Source: Aliivibrio fischeri ES114
GTDB taxonomy: Bacteria; Pseudomonadota; Gammaproteobacteria; Enterobacterales; Vibrionaceae
Assembly (NCBI RefSeq): GCF_000011805.1
Contig: NC_006840.2
Reading direction: 5' to 3' (one strand)
DNA: 32,000 nt
Both the position numbers and the translations under genes were made by a program. Of this stretch, positions 7,469 to 15,787 are shown piece after piece (positions within the stretch are counted from its first letter, which is position 1; the number at the start of each line of letters is the position of its first letter). The notes under the pieces were generated by a model. The model saw only the letters and a list, made by a program, of their open reading frames with translations. It was not told the origin of the DNA and ran no database searches.

Positions 7469-9730
7469 ATGCTTACTCAACTCAGGGATATAGTTGATCA
7501 CGTAGCTAAAGCGGAGTCTCTTGATGATGCTTTAGCGTTGCTCGTGAAAAATACTCGTCACTCTATGCATACAGAGTGCTGCTCAGTCTATTTGATGAGT
7601 AATGATAACCTGCGCTTAGAATTAATGGCGACAGAAGGACTAAAAGCGAAACCAAAAACCGTTTCATTGGGGATTGATGAAGGTTTAGTTGGATTGGTTG
7701 CGCGTAGTTGTGAACCGTTAAACTTAGCGAATGCTTCTGTACACCCTTCATATAAATACATTCCTAGTATTGCTGAATATAAGTTTAACTCCTTCCTAGC
7801 AACCCCGATTATTTACCGACGCCAAAACCTTGGTGTGCTTGTTGTACAACAAAAGGAAAAACGTCAGTTTACTGAAGTTGAAGAATCCTTTTTAGTCACC
7901 TTATCCGCGCAACTTGCAGTTATACTTGCTCATGCTAAAGCTCATGAAAGTTGGTCAACTCAATTACAACCCCAATCGATTGAACAAAAGCAATTCAAAG
8001 GTATCTCTGCATCAAATGGTGTGGCTATTGCTCCATTATGGTTTGACGATGCTCAACCAAGAATAGAATCCATTCTACCAAGTTCATGTCTTGATACAGA
8101 GCAAGAACAAGATCGTTTAGGTACTGCGGTTGAGTTAGCTTTAAAAGATTTCCGCCGAGCTAAAAAACGCTTTGAGCAAGAATTAAATACCGAAACGTTG
8201 GCTATTTTTGATCTTTTCACTCACTTATTAAATGATCCTATGTTGAAAGGAGATCTGAAAAAACAGATCAACCAAGGTGATTCCGCCGAGTGGGCATTGC
8301 GTCAAGTTATTGAGTCATACGCCGGGCGTTTTGAAAAAATGAGTGATTCATACCTCAGTGAGCGAGCGAATGATGTTCGTGAGCTAGGACAGAGATTACT
8401 TTATTTTTTAAATTATGAAGGTAAGTTAGAGCTGGATTTAGCTCATCCCGTGATTTTAGTGACGACTCAGTTAACGGCTTCTATGTTAGCGAGTGTTCCT
8501 CAAGATAAATTAAAAGCCGTTATTTCGCTTGAAGGTGCGGCAAACTCTCACGCAGCCATTTTATCAAGAGCGCTTGGTATTCCTGCAATTATGGGGGTGG
8601 AGTTTAATCCAACTCATTACCATCAAAACCTAGCTATTGTAGATGGCTATAGTGGTGCTCTATACATCAAGCCAACAGAAGCGCTAATTCAAGAATATAC
8701 AGAGCTACAAAATGAAGAGTTAGCCCTTTCTGAATTAATCACTCAAGATCTTGATAAACCTACATTTACACGTGATGAGCATCAAATGAAAATTTATTTG
8801 AATGCAGGGTTAAGTGCAGATACGAGTATTGCTGTTAATCAGGGAGTTGATGGTGTGGGTCTATATCGAACTGAAATTCCTTTTTTATTACAACAGAGAT
8901 TTCCATCAGAAGAAGAGCAGTACCTACAATACAAAACTATTTTAGAAACGTACCCTAAAAAGCCAGTCATTATGAGGACGTTAGATATTGGTGGTGATAA
9001 ACCATTACCGTATTTACCAATTGAAGAAGAGAATCCATTTTTAGGTTGGCGTGGTATTCGTTTTACTTTAGATCATCCTGATATCTTTCTTCTGCAACTA
9101 AAAGCGATGGTTAGAGCAAATATAGGTAATGGTAATTTGTCCATTATGTTACCTATGATTTCAGGCTTACCTGAATTAAAGCAAGCAAGAAAGCTTATTA
9201 ACCAAGCCTATGAAGAAGTGCTTGGTGAGTCGGAAGGAGACTTTTCACAACCTCGTATAGGTATGATGATAGAAGTGCCTTCTATGCTGTATTTGTTACC
9301 AAGAGTTGTTGGATTAGTGGATTTTATTTCTGTAGGTACTAATGACTTAACTCAATACCTTTTAGCGGTGGATCGAAATAACGCACGAGTTTCACATGTT
9401 TATGAATCTTATCATCCCGCAGTGTTACTCGCATTAAAGCAAATTATTGATACGGCAAATCAATATAAATTGCCTGTTAGTGTTTGTGGAGAACTTGCGG
9501 GGGACCCAATTGGTTGTTTATTACTGCTTGGTTTGGGTTATCAAAGCTTAAGTATGAACACCTCTAACGTAGCCAAAGTAAAATATATTATTAGGCAAGT
9601 ATCGCAGCAAGAAGTTGAACAATTAGTTGCGACTCTTTTACATCACGATGATGCAGAGCAAATTTTAACTGATATGATTGGCTTCTTTGAAGAGAAAGAT
9701 CTCTCTGGGTTTATTCGAGCAGGCAGGTAA
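7469..9730 (+). CDS. ptsP: Phosphoenolpyruvate-protein phosphotransferase PtsP (EI-Ntr; N-terminal GAF domain)
   Basis: Collinear with E. coli PtsP. The conserved N-terminus MLTQLRDIV starts at ATG 7469 (AAGGA 9 nt upstream), whereas the track start TTG 7460 directly abuts the SD. The active-site His region is GAANSHAAILSRALGIPA, with PEP-utilising C-terminal blocks. Confidence 0.93.
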   Translation: MLTQLRDIVDHVAKAESLDDALALLVKNTRHSMHTECCSVYLMSNDNLRLELMATEGLKAKPKTVSLGIDEGLVGLVARSCEPLNLANASVHPSYKYIPSIAEYKFNSFLATPIIYRRQNLGVLVVQQKEKRQFTEVEESFLVTLSAQLAVILAHAKAHESWSTQLQPQSIEQKQFKGISASNGVAIAPLWFDDAQPRIESILPSSCLDTEQEQDRLGTAVELALKDFRRAKKRFEQELNTETLAIFDLFTHLLNDPMLKGDLKKQINQGDSAEWALRQVIESYAGRFEKMSDSYLSERANDVRELGQRLLYFLNYEGKLELDLAHPVILVTTQLTASMLASVPQDKLKAVISLEGAANSHAAILSRALGIPAIMGVEFNPTHYHQNLAIVDGYSGALYIKPTEALIQEYTELQNEELALSELITQDLDKPTFTRDEHQMKIYLNAGLSADTSIAVNQGVDGVGLYRTEIPFLLQQRFPSEEEQYLQYKTILETYPKKPVIMRTLDIGGDKPLPYLPIEEENPFLGWRGIRFTLDHPDIFLLQLKAMVRANIGNGNLSIMLPMISGLPELKQARKLINQAYEEVLGESEGDFSQPRIGMMIEVPSMLYLLPRVVGLVDFISVGTNDLTQYLLAVDRNNARVSHVYESYHPAVLLALKQIIDTANQYKLPVSVCGELAGDPIGCLLLLGLGYQSLSMNTSNVAKVKYIIRQVSQQEVEQLVATLLHHDDAEQILTDMIGFFEEKDLSGFIRAGR

Positions 9731-10533
9731 TGACAGTGGATTTTAGTTCGCTTTTTGTTTTATATCTTTTGCTAGGTAGTATCGTTGGCGTAATGGCTGG
9801 ATTACTTGGAATCGGTGGTGGTTTGTTAGTTGTACCGGCTTTATTGTGGTTATTACCTCAAGCGGGAATCGATAGTTCAATTGTAATGCAAATGGCATTA
9901 GGTACTTCACTTGCAACGATTATTTTAACTTCAACGTCATCTGCGTTGAACCATTTACGTTTAGGTAATGTCGAAGTAGCGCTTATTCGTAGTTTAGCTC
10001 CTGGGGTGATAGCCGGTGGTTTTCTTGGTAGTTACGTTGCAGAATTAATTCCAAGCCAATATTTACCAAAAGTATTCGGCGTTATTGTGCTTCTGCTTGC
10101 TTTGCAAATGCTATTAGCGCTTAAGTTGACTGCTACCAGAACTTTACCATCTCCACTTAAAATTGCCGCTTCAGGAAGTGTTATTGGTATTGTTTCAAGC
10201 TTAGCTGGAATTGGTGGTGGCTCATTAACGGTACCGTATTTAAGCTTTCATGGTATAGAGATGAGAAAAGCCATTGGCAGTTCTTCTTTGTGCGGTACAT
10301 TGATAGCACTTGCCGGCATGATAGGTTTTATTCTTCATGGGGTACAAGTGACTAATTTACCTCCTATGAGTTTAGGATATGTTTATTTACCGGCATTATG
10401 CGGTATTGGTGTAACTTCTATTTTGACGACCAGAATAGGGGCAAAGTTAACATCGCATTTACCAACATCAACGTTAAAAAAAATCTTTGCCATATTTCTT
10501 GTATTTATTGGCAGTAAAATGTTTTTAGGATAA
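9730..10533 (+). CDS. TSUP-family (TauE/SafE, DUF81) inner-membrane anion-transporter-like protein
   Basis: 267-aa polytopic hydrophobic protein with the duplicated G-rich TSUP signature ([13 protein letters not shown] near the N-terminus, [11 protein letters not shown] in the second half). Its ATG overlaps the ptsP stop (TAATG at 9728-9732), which suggests translational coupling. Confidence 0.8.
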   Translation: MTVDFSSLFVLYLLLGSIVGVMAGLLGIGGGLLVVPALLWLLPQAGIDSSIVMQMALGTSLATIILTSTSSALNHLRLGNVEVALIRSLAPGVIAGGFLGSYVAELIPSQYLPKVFGVIVLLLALQMLLALKLTATRTLPSPLKIAASGSVIGIVSSLAGIGGGSLTVPYLSFHGIEMRKAIGSSSLCGTLIALAGMIGFILHGVQVTNLPPMSLGYVYLPALCGIGVTSILTTRIGAKLTSHLPTSTLKKIFAIFLVFIGSKMFLG

Positions 10534-10544
10534 AGAGAGTAGTC

Positions 10545-11378
10545 ATGAGTCAGGGGTATTTGAACTTCCCACATATTGATCCTGTATTAATTGAGATCGG
10601 TCCATTAGCGGTTCGTTGGTATGGATTAATGTATTTATTTGGTTTTATGTTTGCATTATGGCTTGCTAATAAGCGTGCAGATAAGCCAAATAGCGGTTGG
10701 ACACGAGATCAAGTTAGCGACCTATTGTTTGCTGGATTTTTAGGTGTAGTGATCGGCGGTCGTGTTGGTTATGTGCTGTTTTATAATTTCGGCTACTTCT
10801 TAGATAACCCACTGTACTTATTTGAAGTATGGACTGGTGGTATGTCTTTCCATGGTGGTTTACTGGGTGTGATCTCAGCAATGCTTTGGTATGGTTATAA
10901 GAATAATCGTAGTTTCTTTACGATTGCAGATTTCGTTGCACCATTAGTACCATTTGGTCTGGGAGCGGGTCGTTTAGGTAACTTTATGAATGGTGAGTTA
11001 TGGGGACGTGTTACCGATGTGCCTTGGGCAATGGTGTTCCCAACTGGCGGTCCTTTCCCTCGACATCCTTCTCAGTTATATGAATTTGCCCTTGAAGGTG
11101 TTGTATTATTCCTTATTCTAAATTGGTTTATTCGTAAACCTCGTCCATTAGGTACTGTTTCAGGTTTATTCCTATTTGGATATGGTACATTCCGATTCTT
11201 GGTTGAGTATGTACGTCAACCAGATGCACAGTTAGGATTATTTGGTGATTGGATTTCAATGGGACAAATTTTGTCACTACCAATGGTTATTGGTGGCTTA
11301 TTAATGATGCTTTGGGCATTTAAACGCAATTTGTATCCATCAATTGAGCAACCACAAAGTACGACAAAGAAAAAATAA
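10545..11378 (+). CDS. lgt: Phosphatidylglycerol--prolipoprotein diacylglyceryl transferase
   Basis: The N-terminus [34 protein letters not shown] parallels E. coli Lgt, the SFHGGLLG motif is present, and the ptsP-lgt-thyA order is conserved. Confidence 0.95.
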   Translation: MSQGYLNFPHIDPVLIEIGPLAVRWYGLMYLFGFMFALWLANKRADKPNSGWTRDQVSDLLFAGFLGVVIGGRVGYVLFYNFGYFLDNPLYLFEVWTGGMSFHGGLLGVISAMLWYGYKNNRSFFTIADFVAPLVPFGLGAGRLGNFMNGELWGRVTDVPWAMVFPTGGPFPRHPSQLYEFALEGVVLFLILNWFIRKPRPLGTVSGLFLFGYGTFRFLVEYVRQPDAQLGLFGDWISMGQILSLPMVIGGLLMMLWAFKRNLYPSIEQPQSTTKKK

Positions 11379-11401
11379 GTTAGAATAGTTTTATTATATA
11401 G

Positions 11402-11431
11402 TGGCCTCTGAACTCATGAGGCCATTTTTTT
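11402..11431 (+). terminator. Rho-independent terminator or attenuating hairpin between lgt and thyA
   Basis: 7-bp GC-rich stem TGGCCTC (11402-11408) / GAGGCCA (11418-11424) with a 9-nt loop, followed by 7 T. Confidence 0.7.
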
Positions 11432-11456
11432 AAGTTAAATTTTGAGAGAAATGACC

Positions 11457-12308
11457 GTGAAGCAGTATTTAGATTTATGCCAACGCATTGTAGATGAAGG
11501 AACTTGGATCGAAAACGAGCGCACAGGAAAGCGTTGTTTAACGGTGATTAATGCGGATTTAACTTATGATGTAGAAAATGGTGTTTTCCCTCTTGTGACA
11601 ACGCGTAAAAGCTTTTGGAAAGCGGCAGTAGCTGAAATGATTGGTTATATTCGTGGTTACGATAGCGCAGAAGACTTCCGTAAAATTGGAACAAAAACAT
11701 GGGATGCGAATGCTAACCTTAACGATGCATGGCTAAACAACCCTCATCGTAAAGGTGATGATGACATGGGCCGAGTATATGGTGTGCAAGGTCGTTCATG
11801 GGCAAAACCAAATGGTGAGTTTGTCGATCAACTGAAAAAAATCATTGATGATTTAAGTCAGGGAATTGATGATCGTGGTGAGATTTTAAATTTTTATAAC
11901 CCAGGTGAGTTTGATATGGGATGTTTGCGTCCGTGTATGTACTCACACCATTTTTCATTACTTGGTGATACGTTATATTTAAACAGTACGCAACGTTCAT
12001 GTGATGTTCCGCTAGGGCTTAATTTCAATATGGTTCAAGTGTATTTCTTATTAGCGATAGTGGCACAAATTACAGGGCATAAAGCAGGTAAGGCGTACCA
12101 TAAGATTGTAAATGCACATATTTATGAAGACCAACTTGAACTAATGCAAAGTGTGCAGCTAAAGCGTGAACCGTTACAAGCCCCAATCTTTAAAATAAAC
12201 CCTGAAATTAAGTCACTAGAAGATTTAGAAACATGGGTAACTATGGATGACTTTGAAGTGATTGGCTATGAAAGCCACGAAGCAATTAAGTATCCTTTTT
12301 CTGTTTAA
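11457..12308 (+). CDS. thyA: Thymidylate synthase ThyA (long, 283-aa form)
   Basis: The conserved N-terminus (M)[11 protein letters not shown] begins at GTG 11457 with GAGAG 8 nt upstream. ATG 11451 and the track start TTG 11442 are alternatives. The catalytic Cys lies in [10 protein letters not shown], and the [13 protein letters not shown] block matches ThyA. Confidence 0.9.
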   Translation: MKQYLDLCQRIVDEGTWIENERTGKRCLTVINADLTYDVENGVFPLVTTRKSFWKAAVAEMIGYIRGYDSAEDFRKIGTKTWDANANLNDAWLNNPHRKGDDDMGRVYGVQGRSWAKPNGEFVDQLKKIIDDLSQGIDDRGEILNFYNPGEFDMGCLRPCMYSHHFSLLGDTLYLNSTQRSCDVPLGLNFNMVQVYFLLAIVAQITGHKAGKAYHKIVNAHIYEDQLELMQSVQLKREPLQAPIFKINPEIKSLEDLETWVTMDDFEVIGYESHEAIKYPFSV

Positions 12309-12327
12309 TATTATTTATTAGATATAA

Positions 12328-12364
12328 TAAAAAAGCCCCGAAGCATAACTTCGGGGCTTTTTTT
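12328..12364. terminator. Bidirectional rho-independent terminator between convergent thyA and nptA
   Basis: A7 run, stem GCCCCGAAG (12335-12343), loop CATAA, stem CTTCGGGGC (12349-12357), then T7 run. The hairpin is symmetric, with U tails on both strands. Confidence 0.9.
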
Positions 12365-12381
12365 ATTCGTGTTTTTTAGTT

Positions 12382-13527
12382 TTAAACTGTTAGTGCTAAT
12401 ACACTACCAGGTAGGATAATAAATACAAAACCTAAATATCCAGCTACCACACTTCTGTTACGGTTAGCCATTTCAGCAATCCACTCAGCACCTTTAATTG
12501 GTAACTCACGTAAGAATGGCGTACCGAAGATTACTAGCGTTGCTATAACGTTAAAGCATAAGTGAACTAGTGCAATTTGTAGAGCGAATACTGCATACTC
12601 ACCAGACACTGCTGTTGCTGCTAGTAGAGCTGTTACACAAGTACCAATGTTAGCACCTAGAGTAAATGGATATACATCGCGAACTTTAAGAACACCAGTA
12701 CCAACTAGCGGAACCATTAAACTTGTCGTTGTTGATGATGATTGAACAAGAACCGTAACCGCAGTACCTGATGCAATACCGTGTATAGGACCACGACCGA
12801 TTGCACTTTTAAGTAGTTCTTTTGCACGACCAACCATTAGGCTCTTCATTAACTTACCCATTAAGGTAATAGCGATGAACAAAATCGTAATACCAAGAGC
12901 AATCATTAGTAGACCACCAGTCATACTACCAAAGCTTGATAGTGGCTCTTGAATAGCACTGATTACCGGCTTTGTAATAGGCTTAATAAAATCAAAGCCT
13001 TTCATGCTCATATCACCAGCATTTAGTAGCGGAGATACTAACCATGCTGATAGTTTTTGGAAAATACCAAACATCATCTCTAATGGTAAGAAAATAGTTA
13101 CCGCTAGTAGGTTGAAGAAGTCATGAACTGTCGCACAAGCAAAAGCACGTCTAAATTCGTTCTTACAACGAGCATGACCAAGACTTACTAGTGTATTTGT
13201 AACGGTTGTACCAATGTTTGCACCCATAACCATAGGGATAGCTGTTTCAACAGGTAAGCCACCAGCTACTAATCCAACAATAATTGAAGTAACTGTTGAA
13301 GATGATTGAATTAACGCTGTTGCCACTAAGCCGATCATTAAGCCCGCAATTGGGTGAGCAGCAAATTCAAAAAGAACTTTTGCTTCTTGACCTACAGACC
13401 ATTTAAAGCCTGTACCAACCATAGAAACGGCTAAAAGAAGAAGGTAAAGCATAAATGCTAAGTTTGCCCAACGCAGCATGCGCGAGGTATTGCTCATTGT
13501 TGCTGCAGAAATTGATTGGGTATTCAT
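12382..13527 (-). CDS. nptA: Na+/phosphate cotransporter (NptA / type II Na-Pi cotransporter-related)
   Basis: 381-aa polytopic protein with the duplicated signature IQSSSTVTSI and VQSSSTTTSL, each followed by GANIGT, typical of the Na/Pi cotransporter family. A position adjacent to thyA is what I recall for V. cholerae nptA. GGAG lies 7 nt before the ATG. Confidence 0.88.
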   Translation of the reverse strand: MNTQSISAATMSNTSRMLRWANLAFMLYLLLLAVSMVGTGFKWSVGQEAKVLFEFAAHPIAGLMIGLVATALIQSSSTVTSIIVGLVAGGLPVETAIPMVMGANIGTTVTNTLVSLGHARCKNEFRRAFACATVHDFFNLLAVTIFLPLEMMFGIFQKLSAWLVSPLLNAGDMSMKGFDFIKPITKPVISAIQEPLSSFGSMTGGLLMIALGITILFIAITLMGKLMKSLMVGRAKELLKSAIGRGPIHGIASGTAVTVLVQSSSTTTSLMVPLVGTGVLKVRDVYPFTLGANIGTCVTALLAATAVSGEYAVFALQIALVHLCFNVIATLVIFGTPFLRELPIKGAEWIAEMANRNRSVVAGYLGFVFIILPGSVLALTV

Positions 13528-13579
13528 AGTAAAGCTCCGTACCGAGAAATTATGTTGTCGGTTTATTTAATCTGAAGCG

Positions 13580-13613
13580 ATAGTAGATAACGAATATTTC
13601 AGAAATATTACAG
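13580..13613 (-). promoter_or_regulatory. Pho-box-like direct repeat plus -10 hexamer upstream of nptA (candidate PhoB-dependent promoter)
   Basis: The minus strand reads CTGTAAT (13613-13607), ATTT, CTGAAAT (13602-13596), a 10-bp spacer ATTCGTTATC, then TACTAT (13585-13580). Geometry and half-sites fit the E. coli Pho box (two CTGTCAT-like 7-mers 4 bp apart, 10 bp upstream of the -10 element). It lies about 53-86 bp upstream of the nptA ATG. Confidence 0.5.
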
Positions 13614-13850
13614 TGAAAGAGAAAACTGTAATAAATGCGTCATATTCGATTATTTGAATGAATGGGTGATTTTTACTATTTTTAAGTTATTGATATTAAG
13701 GGTTTTGTGTGCGTTATTAGAAAATGGAATATAAATTATTTTTTGGGATTATTTTGTTCTATGTTTCGTTAGTATGACATTTTGAAGAATCTGGATGCGG
13801 AAAAAACGAATAATTTTGATATTTATATTATTTTTTACGAAGTGTTTGCT

Positions 13851-13913
13851 ATTACTGTAATAAATGACGTATCTTGCTTAGAGCAAAATAATATTAACGA
13901 TTATTGCAGTAAT
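13851..13913. promoter_or_regulatory. Pair of ATTAC-N-GTAAT palindromic sites just upstream of nhaR (candidate operator; binding factor unknown)
   Basis: ATTACTGTAAT (13851-13861) is a perfect 11-bp palindrome. ATTGCAGTAAT (13903-13913) has one arm mismatch. The centres are 52 bp apart. The first site sits inside a repeat, ACTGTAATAAATG then one variable base then CGT, that recurs at 13625-13640. Confidence 0.4.
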
Positions 13914-13942
13914 TCAGAACATGAGTGATAAAAGGATTCATA

Positions 13943-14833
13943 ATGTCTCATTTAAACTATAACCATCTTTATTATTTTTGGATGGTATGCAAACAAGGTT
14001 CAGTAACTAAAGCGGCTGAGGCATTATTTCTTACTCCTCAAACCGTAACAGGTCAAATTAAAGCCCTAGAAGATAGACTTGATGGAAAGTTAACTAAACG
14101 TAATGGTCGTAATATTGAGCCTACAGAGCTAGGCCAACTTATTTATAAATACGCCGATCGTATGTTTGGTTTAAGTTATGAAATGCTAGATATCGTTAAT
14201 TATAGTCAGCAAGCAAACGTACTGTTTGATGTTGGTGTTGCTGATGCGCTTTCTAAAAGGTTGGTTAGTAAGGTGCTTTCAACAACCGTTCCTGAAGATG
14301 CATCCATTCACTTACGTTGTTTTGAATCGACGCATGAATTATTACTAGAACAATTATCTCAACATAAATTGGATATGATCCTTTCAGACTGTCCTGTAGA
14401 TTCAAGTCAAAATTCAGGGTTATTCAGTAAAAAGTTGGGTGAATGTGAGATGAGCTTTTTTTGTTCAAAAGAACTTAAAGGAGTGACATTTCCTGAGGTA
14501 TTAGAAAAACATAAGGTATTAATACCAGGTAGTCGTACTTCAATGGGAAGAAAAGTGGTTCAATGGTGCGATCAACAAGGCGTGACTCCAAATATTTTAG
14601 GTGAGTTTGATGATGTTGCATTAATGAAAGCATTTGCTCGTGAAAATAATGCGGTTTTTTTAGCGCCTTCCGTATATATGAATGAAGCGGATTCTGATTT
14701 ATCTTTACATAAGATTGCAGATGTAAGAGATCTAAAAGAAGAGTATTACGTCATTTTTGCAGAGAGAATGATACAGCACCCAGCGGTGAAAAGTATTTGT
14801 GAAGCAGACTTCTCGCATTTATTTGATTTTTAA
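13943..14833 (+). CDS. nhaR: LysR-family transcriptional activator NhaR
   Basis: [46 protein letters not shown] is collinear with E. coli NhaR ([13 protein letters not shown]...). The start was moved to ATG 13943 (AAGGA 6 nt upstream) from the track GTG 13925. Confidence 0.9.
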   Translation: MSHLNYNHLYYFWMVCKQGSVTKAAEALFLTPQTVTGQIKALEDRLDGKLTKRNGRNIEPTELGQLIYKYADRMFGLSYEMLDIVNYSQQANVLFDVGVADALSKRLVSKVLSTTVPEDASIHLRCFESTHELLLEQLSQHKLDMILSDCPVDSSQNSGLFSKKLGECEMSFFCSKELKGVTFPEVLEKHKVLIPGSRTSMGRKVVQWCDQQGVTPNILGEFDDVALMKAFARENNAVFLAPSVYMNEADSDLSLHKIADVRDLKEEYYVIFAERMIQHPAVKSICEADFSHLFDF

Positions 14834-14834
14834 T

Positions 14835-14882
14835 TTGCAATTACAGTAAGTAACAAGCTAAATTAGCCAGAGCTAAATTAGA
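14835..14882 (+). promoter_or_regulatory. Candidate promoter and tandem palindromic operator of the ArsR/BigR-like gene
   Basis: -35-like TTGCAA (14835-14840), an 18-bp spacer, then TAAATT (14859-14864). The 11-bp direct repeat AGCTAAATTAG occurs at 14856-14866 and 14871-14881 (15-bp period). Copy 1 sits in the perfect palindrome GCTAAATTAGC (14857-14867). The sites overlap the -10 element and end at the SD. Confidence 0.45.
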
Positions 14883-14896
14883 AGGTGGGCGTCTAT

Positions 14897-15193
14897 ATGG
14901 ACTTACAAATGATGGAAGATAATGCACCACAAGCGGTGACATTATTAAAAGCAATGGCTAACGAACGTAGATTGTTCATTTTGTGCTTACTATTAGATGG
15001 CGAATTGTCGGTAGGTCAAATTGCAGAAAAATTAGAATTAAGTCAATCAGCACTGTCACAACACTTAGGCTGGCTACGTCGTGATGAGTTAGTCTCAACA
15101 AGAAAAGAATCTCAAACGGTCTTTTACTCATTAAATAGTCAAGAAGTAAGATCCATGATTCAATTGCTCCACGATTTATATTGTCAAAAGTAA
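14897..15193 (+). CDS. ArsR/SmtB-family winged-helix repressor, BigR/YgaV-like (two-Cys type)
   Basis: 98 aa from ATG 14897 (AAGGTGG SD; the track start GTG 14885 lies inside the SD). The HTH core is LSVGQIAEKLELSQSALSQHLGWLRRDELV. There is no metal-site ELCVCDL motif. The only cysteines are Cys30 (FILCLL) and Cys96 (DLYCQK). Confidence 0.8.
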   Translation: MDLQMMEDNAPQAVTLLKAMANERRLFILCLLLDGELSVGQIAEKLELSQSALSQHLGWLRRDELVSTRKESQTVFYSLNSQEVRSMIQLLHDLYCQK

Positions 15194-15251
15194 GTTAAAG
15201 GAGAGGAAGGGGTTGTAAAAGCTTTTTCTTTTTTCTTCAAATTGCAGATAT

Positions 15252-15278
15252 AAAAAAACCGACCTAAGTCGGTTTTTT
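15252..15278. terminator. Bidirectional rho-independent terminator between the ArsR-like gene and rpsT
   Basis: AAAAAAACCGAC-CTAA-GTCGGTTTTTT: a 6-bp GC core stem extended by A/T pairs, with U tails possible on both strands. Confidence 0.75.
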
Positions 15279-15307
15279 CTTATTTCTAACTGAGAATCAA
15301 ATTTCTA

Positions 15308-15568
15308 TTAAAGAGCTTTGATTGCAGCAGTGAAACGCGCTTTATGACGTGCAGCTTTATTCTTATGAATAAGGCCTTTAGTCGCCATGCGGTCTAGAAG
15401 TGGAGTTGCAGTTGCTAGTGCAGCAGTTGCAGCTTCTTTATCGCCAGCTTCGATAGCTGCGATAGTTTTTTTCATGTAAGTGCGCATCATTGAACGACGG
15501 CTAGCGTTGTGCTGGCGACGTCTTTCAGCTTGAGTTGCGCGCTTCTTAGCAGATTTACTATTTGCCAG
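15308..15568 (-). CDS. rpsT: 30S ribosomal protein S20, apparently initiating at a CUG codon
   Basis: The track ORF (15308..15490) starts at an internal Met-Met. The same frame upstream reads TAG ACC CTG GCA AAT AGT AAA TCT GCT AAG AAG CGC... = (start)[30 protein letters not shown], collinear with E. coli S20 [36 protein letters not shown] lies 6 nt before CTG 15568-15566. The product is 86 aa. Confidence 0.9.
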   Translation of the reverse strand: MANSKSAKKRATQAERRRQHNASRRSMMRTYMKKTIAAIEAGDKEAATAALATATPLLDRMATKGLIHKNKAARHKARFTAAIKAL

Positions 15569-15612
15569 GGTCTACTCCCAAAACGTAGTTCGGTGACAAT
15601 TTAAGGTCGGGA

Positions 15613-15641
15613 AATATGCACCCTTTGAACCCAAATGTCAA
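15613..15641 (-). promoter_or_regulatory. Candidate sigma70 promoter of rpsT
   Basis: On the minus strand: TTGACA (15641-15636), a 17-bp spacer, then CATATT (15618-15613). This lies about 45 bp upstream of the proposed start codon. Confidence 0.45.
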
Positions 15642-15787
15642 ATGATTTGTGTAAAAACCAAGCTGTCTCAAACAAAAGTTTGATGAAACTGGCAAAACAC
15701 GGTTAAGATGACGTGCATTCTAACAGCATTTTTTCCAGTTAGTAAGCTCTTTATGGTCATCATTACCATCTTTATGAGGTTTTTTTT

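Noticed and set aside
15194-15251. Purine-rich SD-like run AAGGAGAGGAAGGGG just after the ArsR-like gene stop, as a hidden small ORF
   Set aside because: It is followed only by TTG TAA (one codon), so there is no ORF. It probably belongs to the 3'UTR ahead of the bidirectional terminator.
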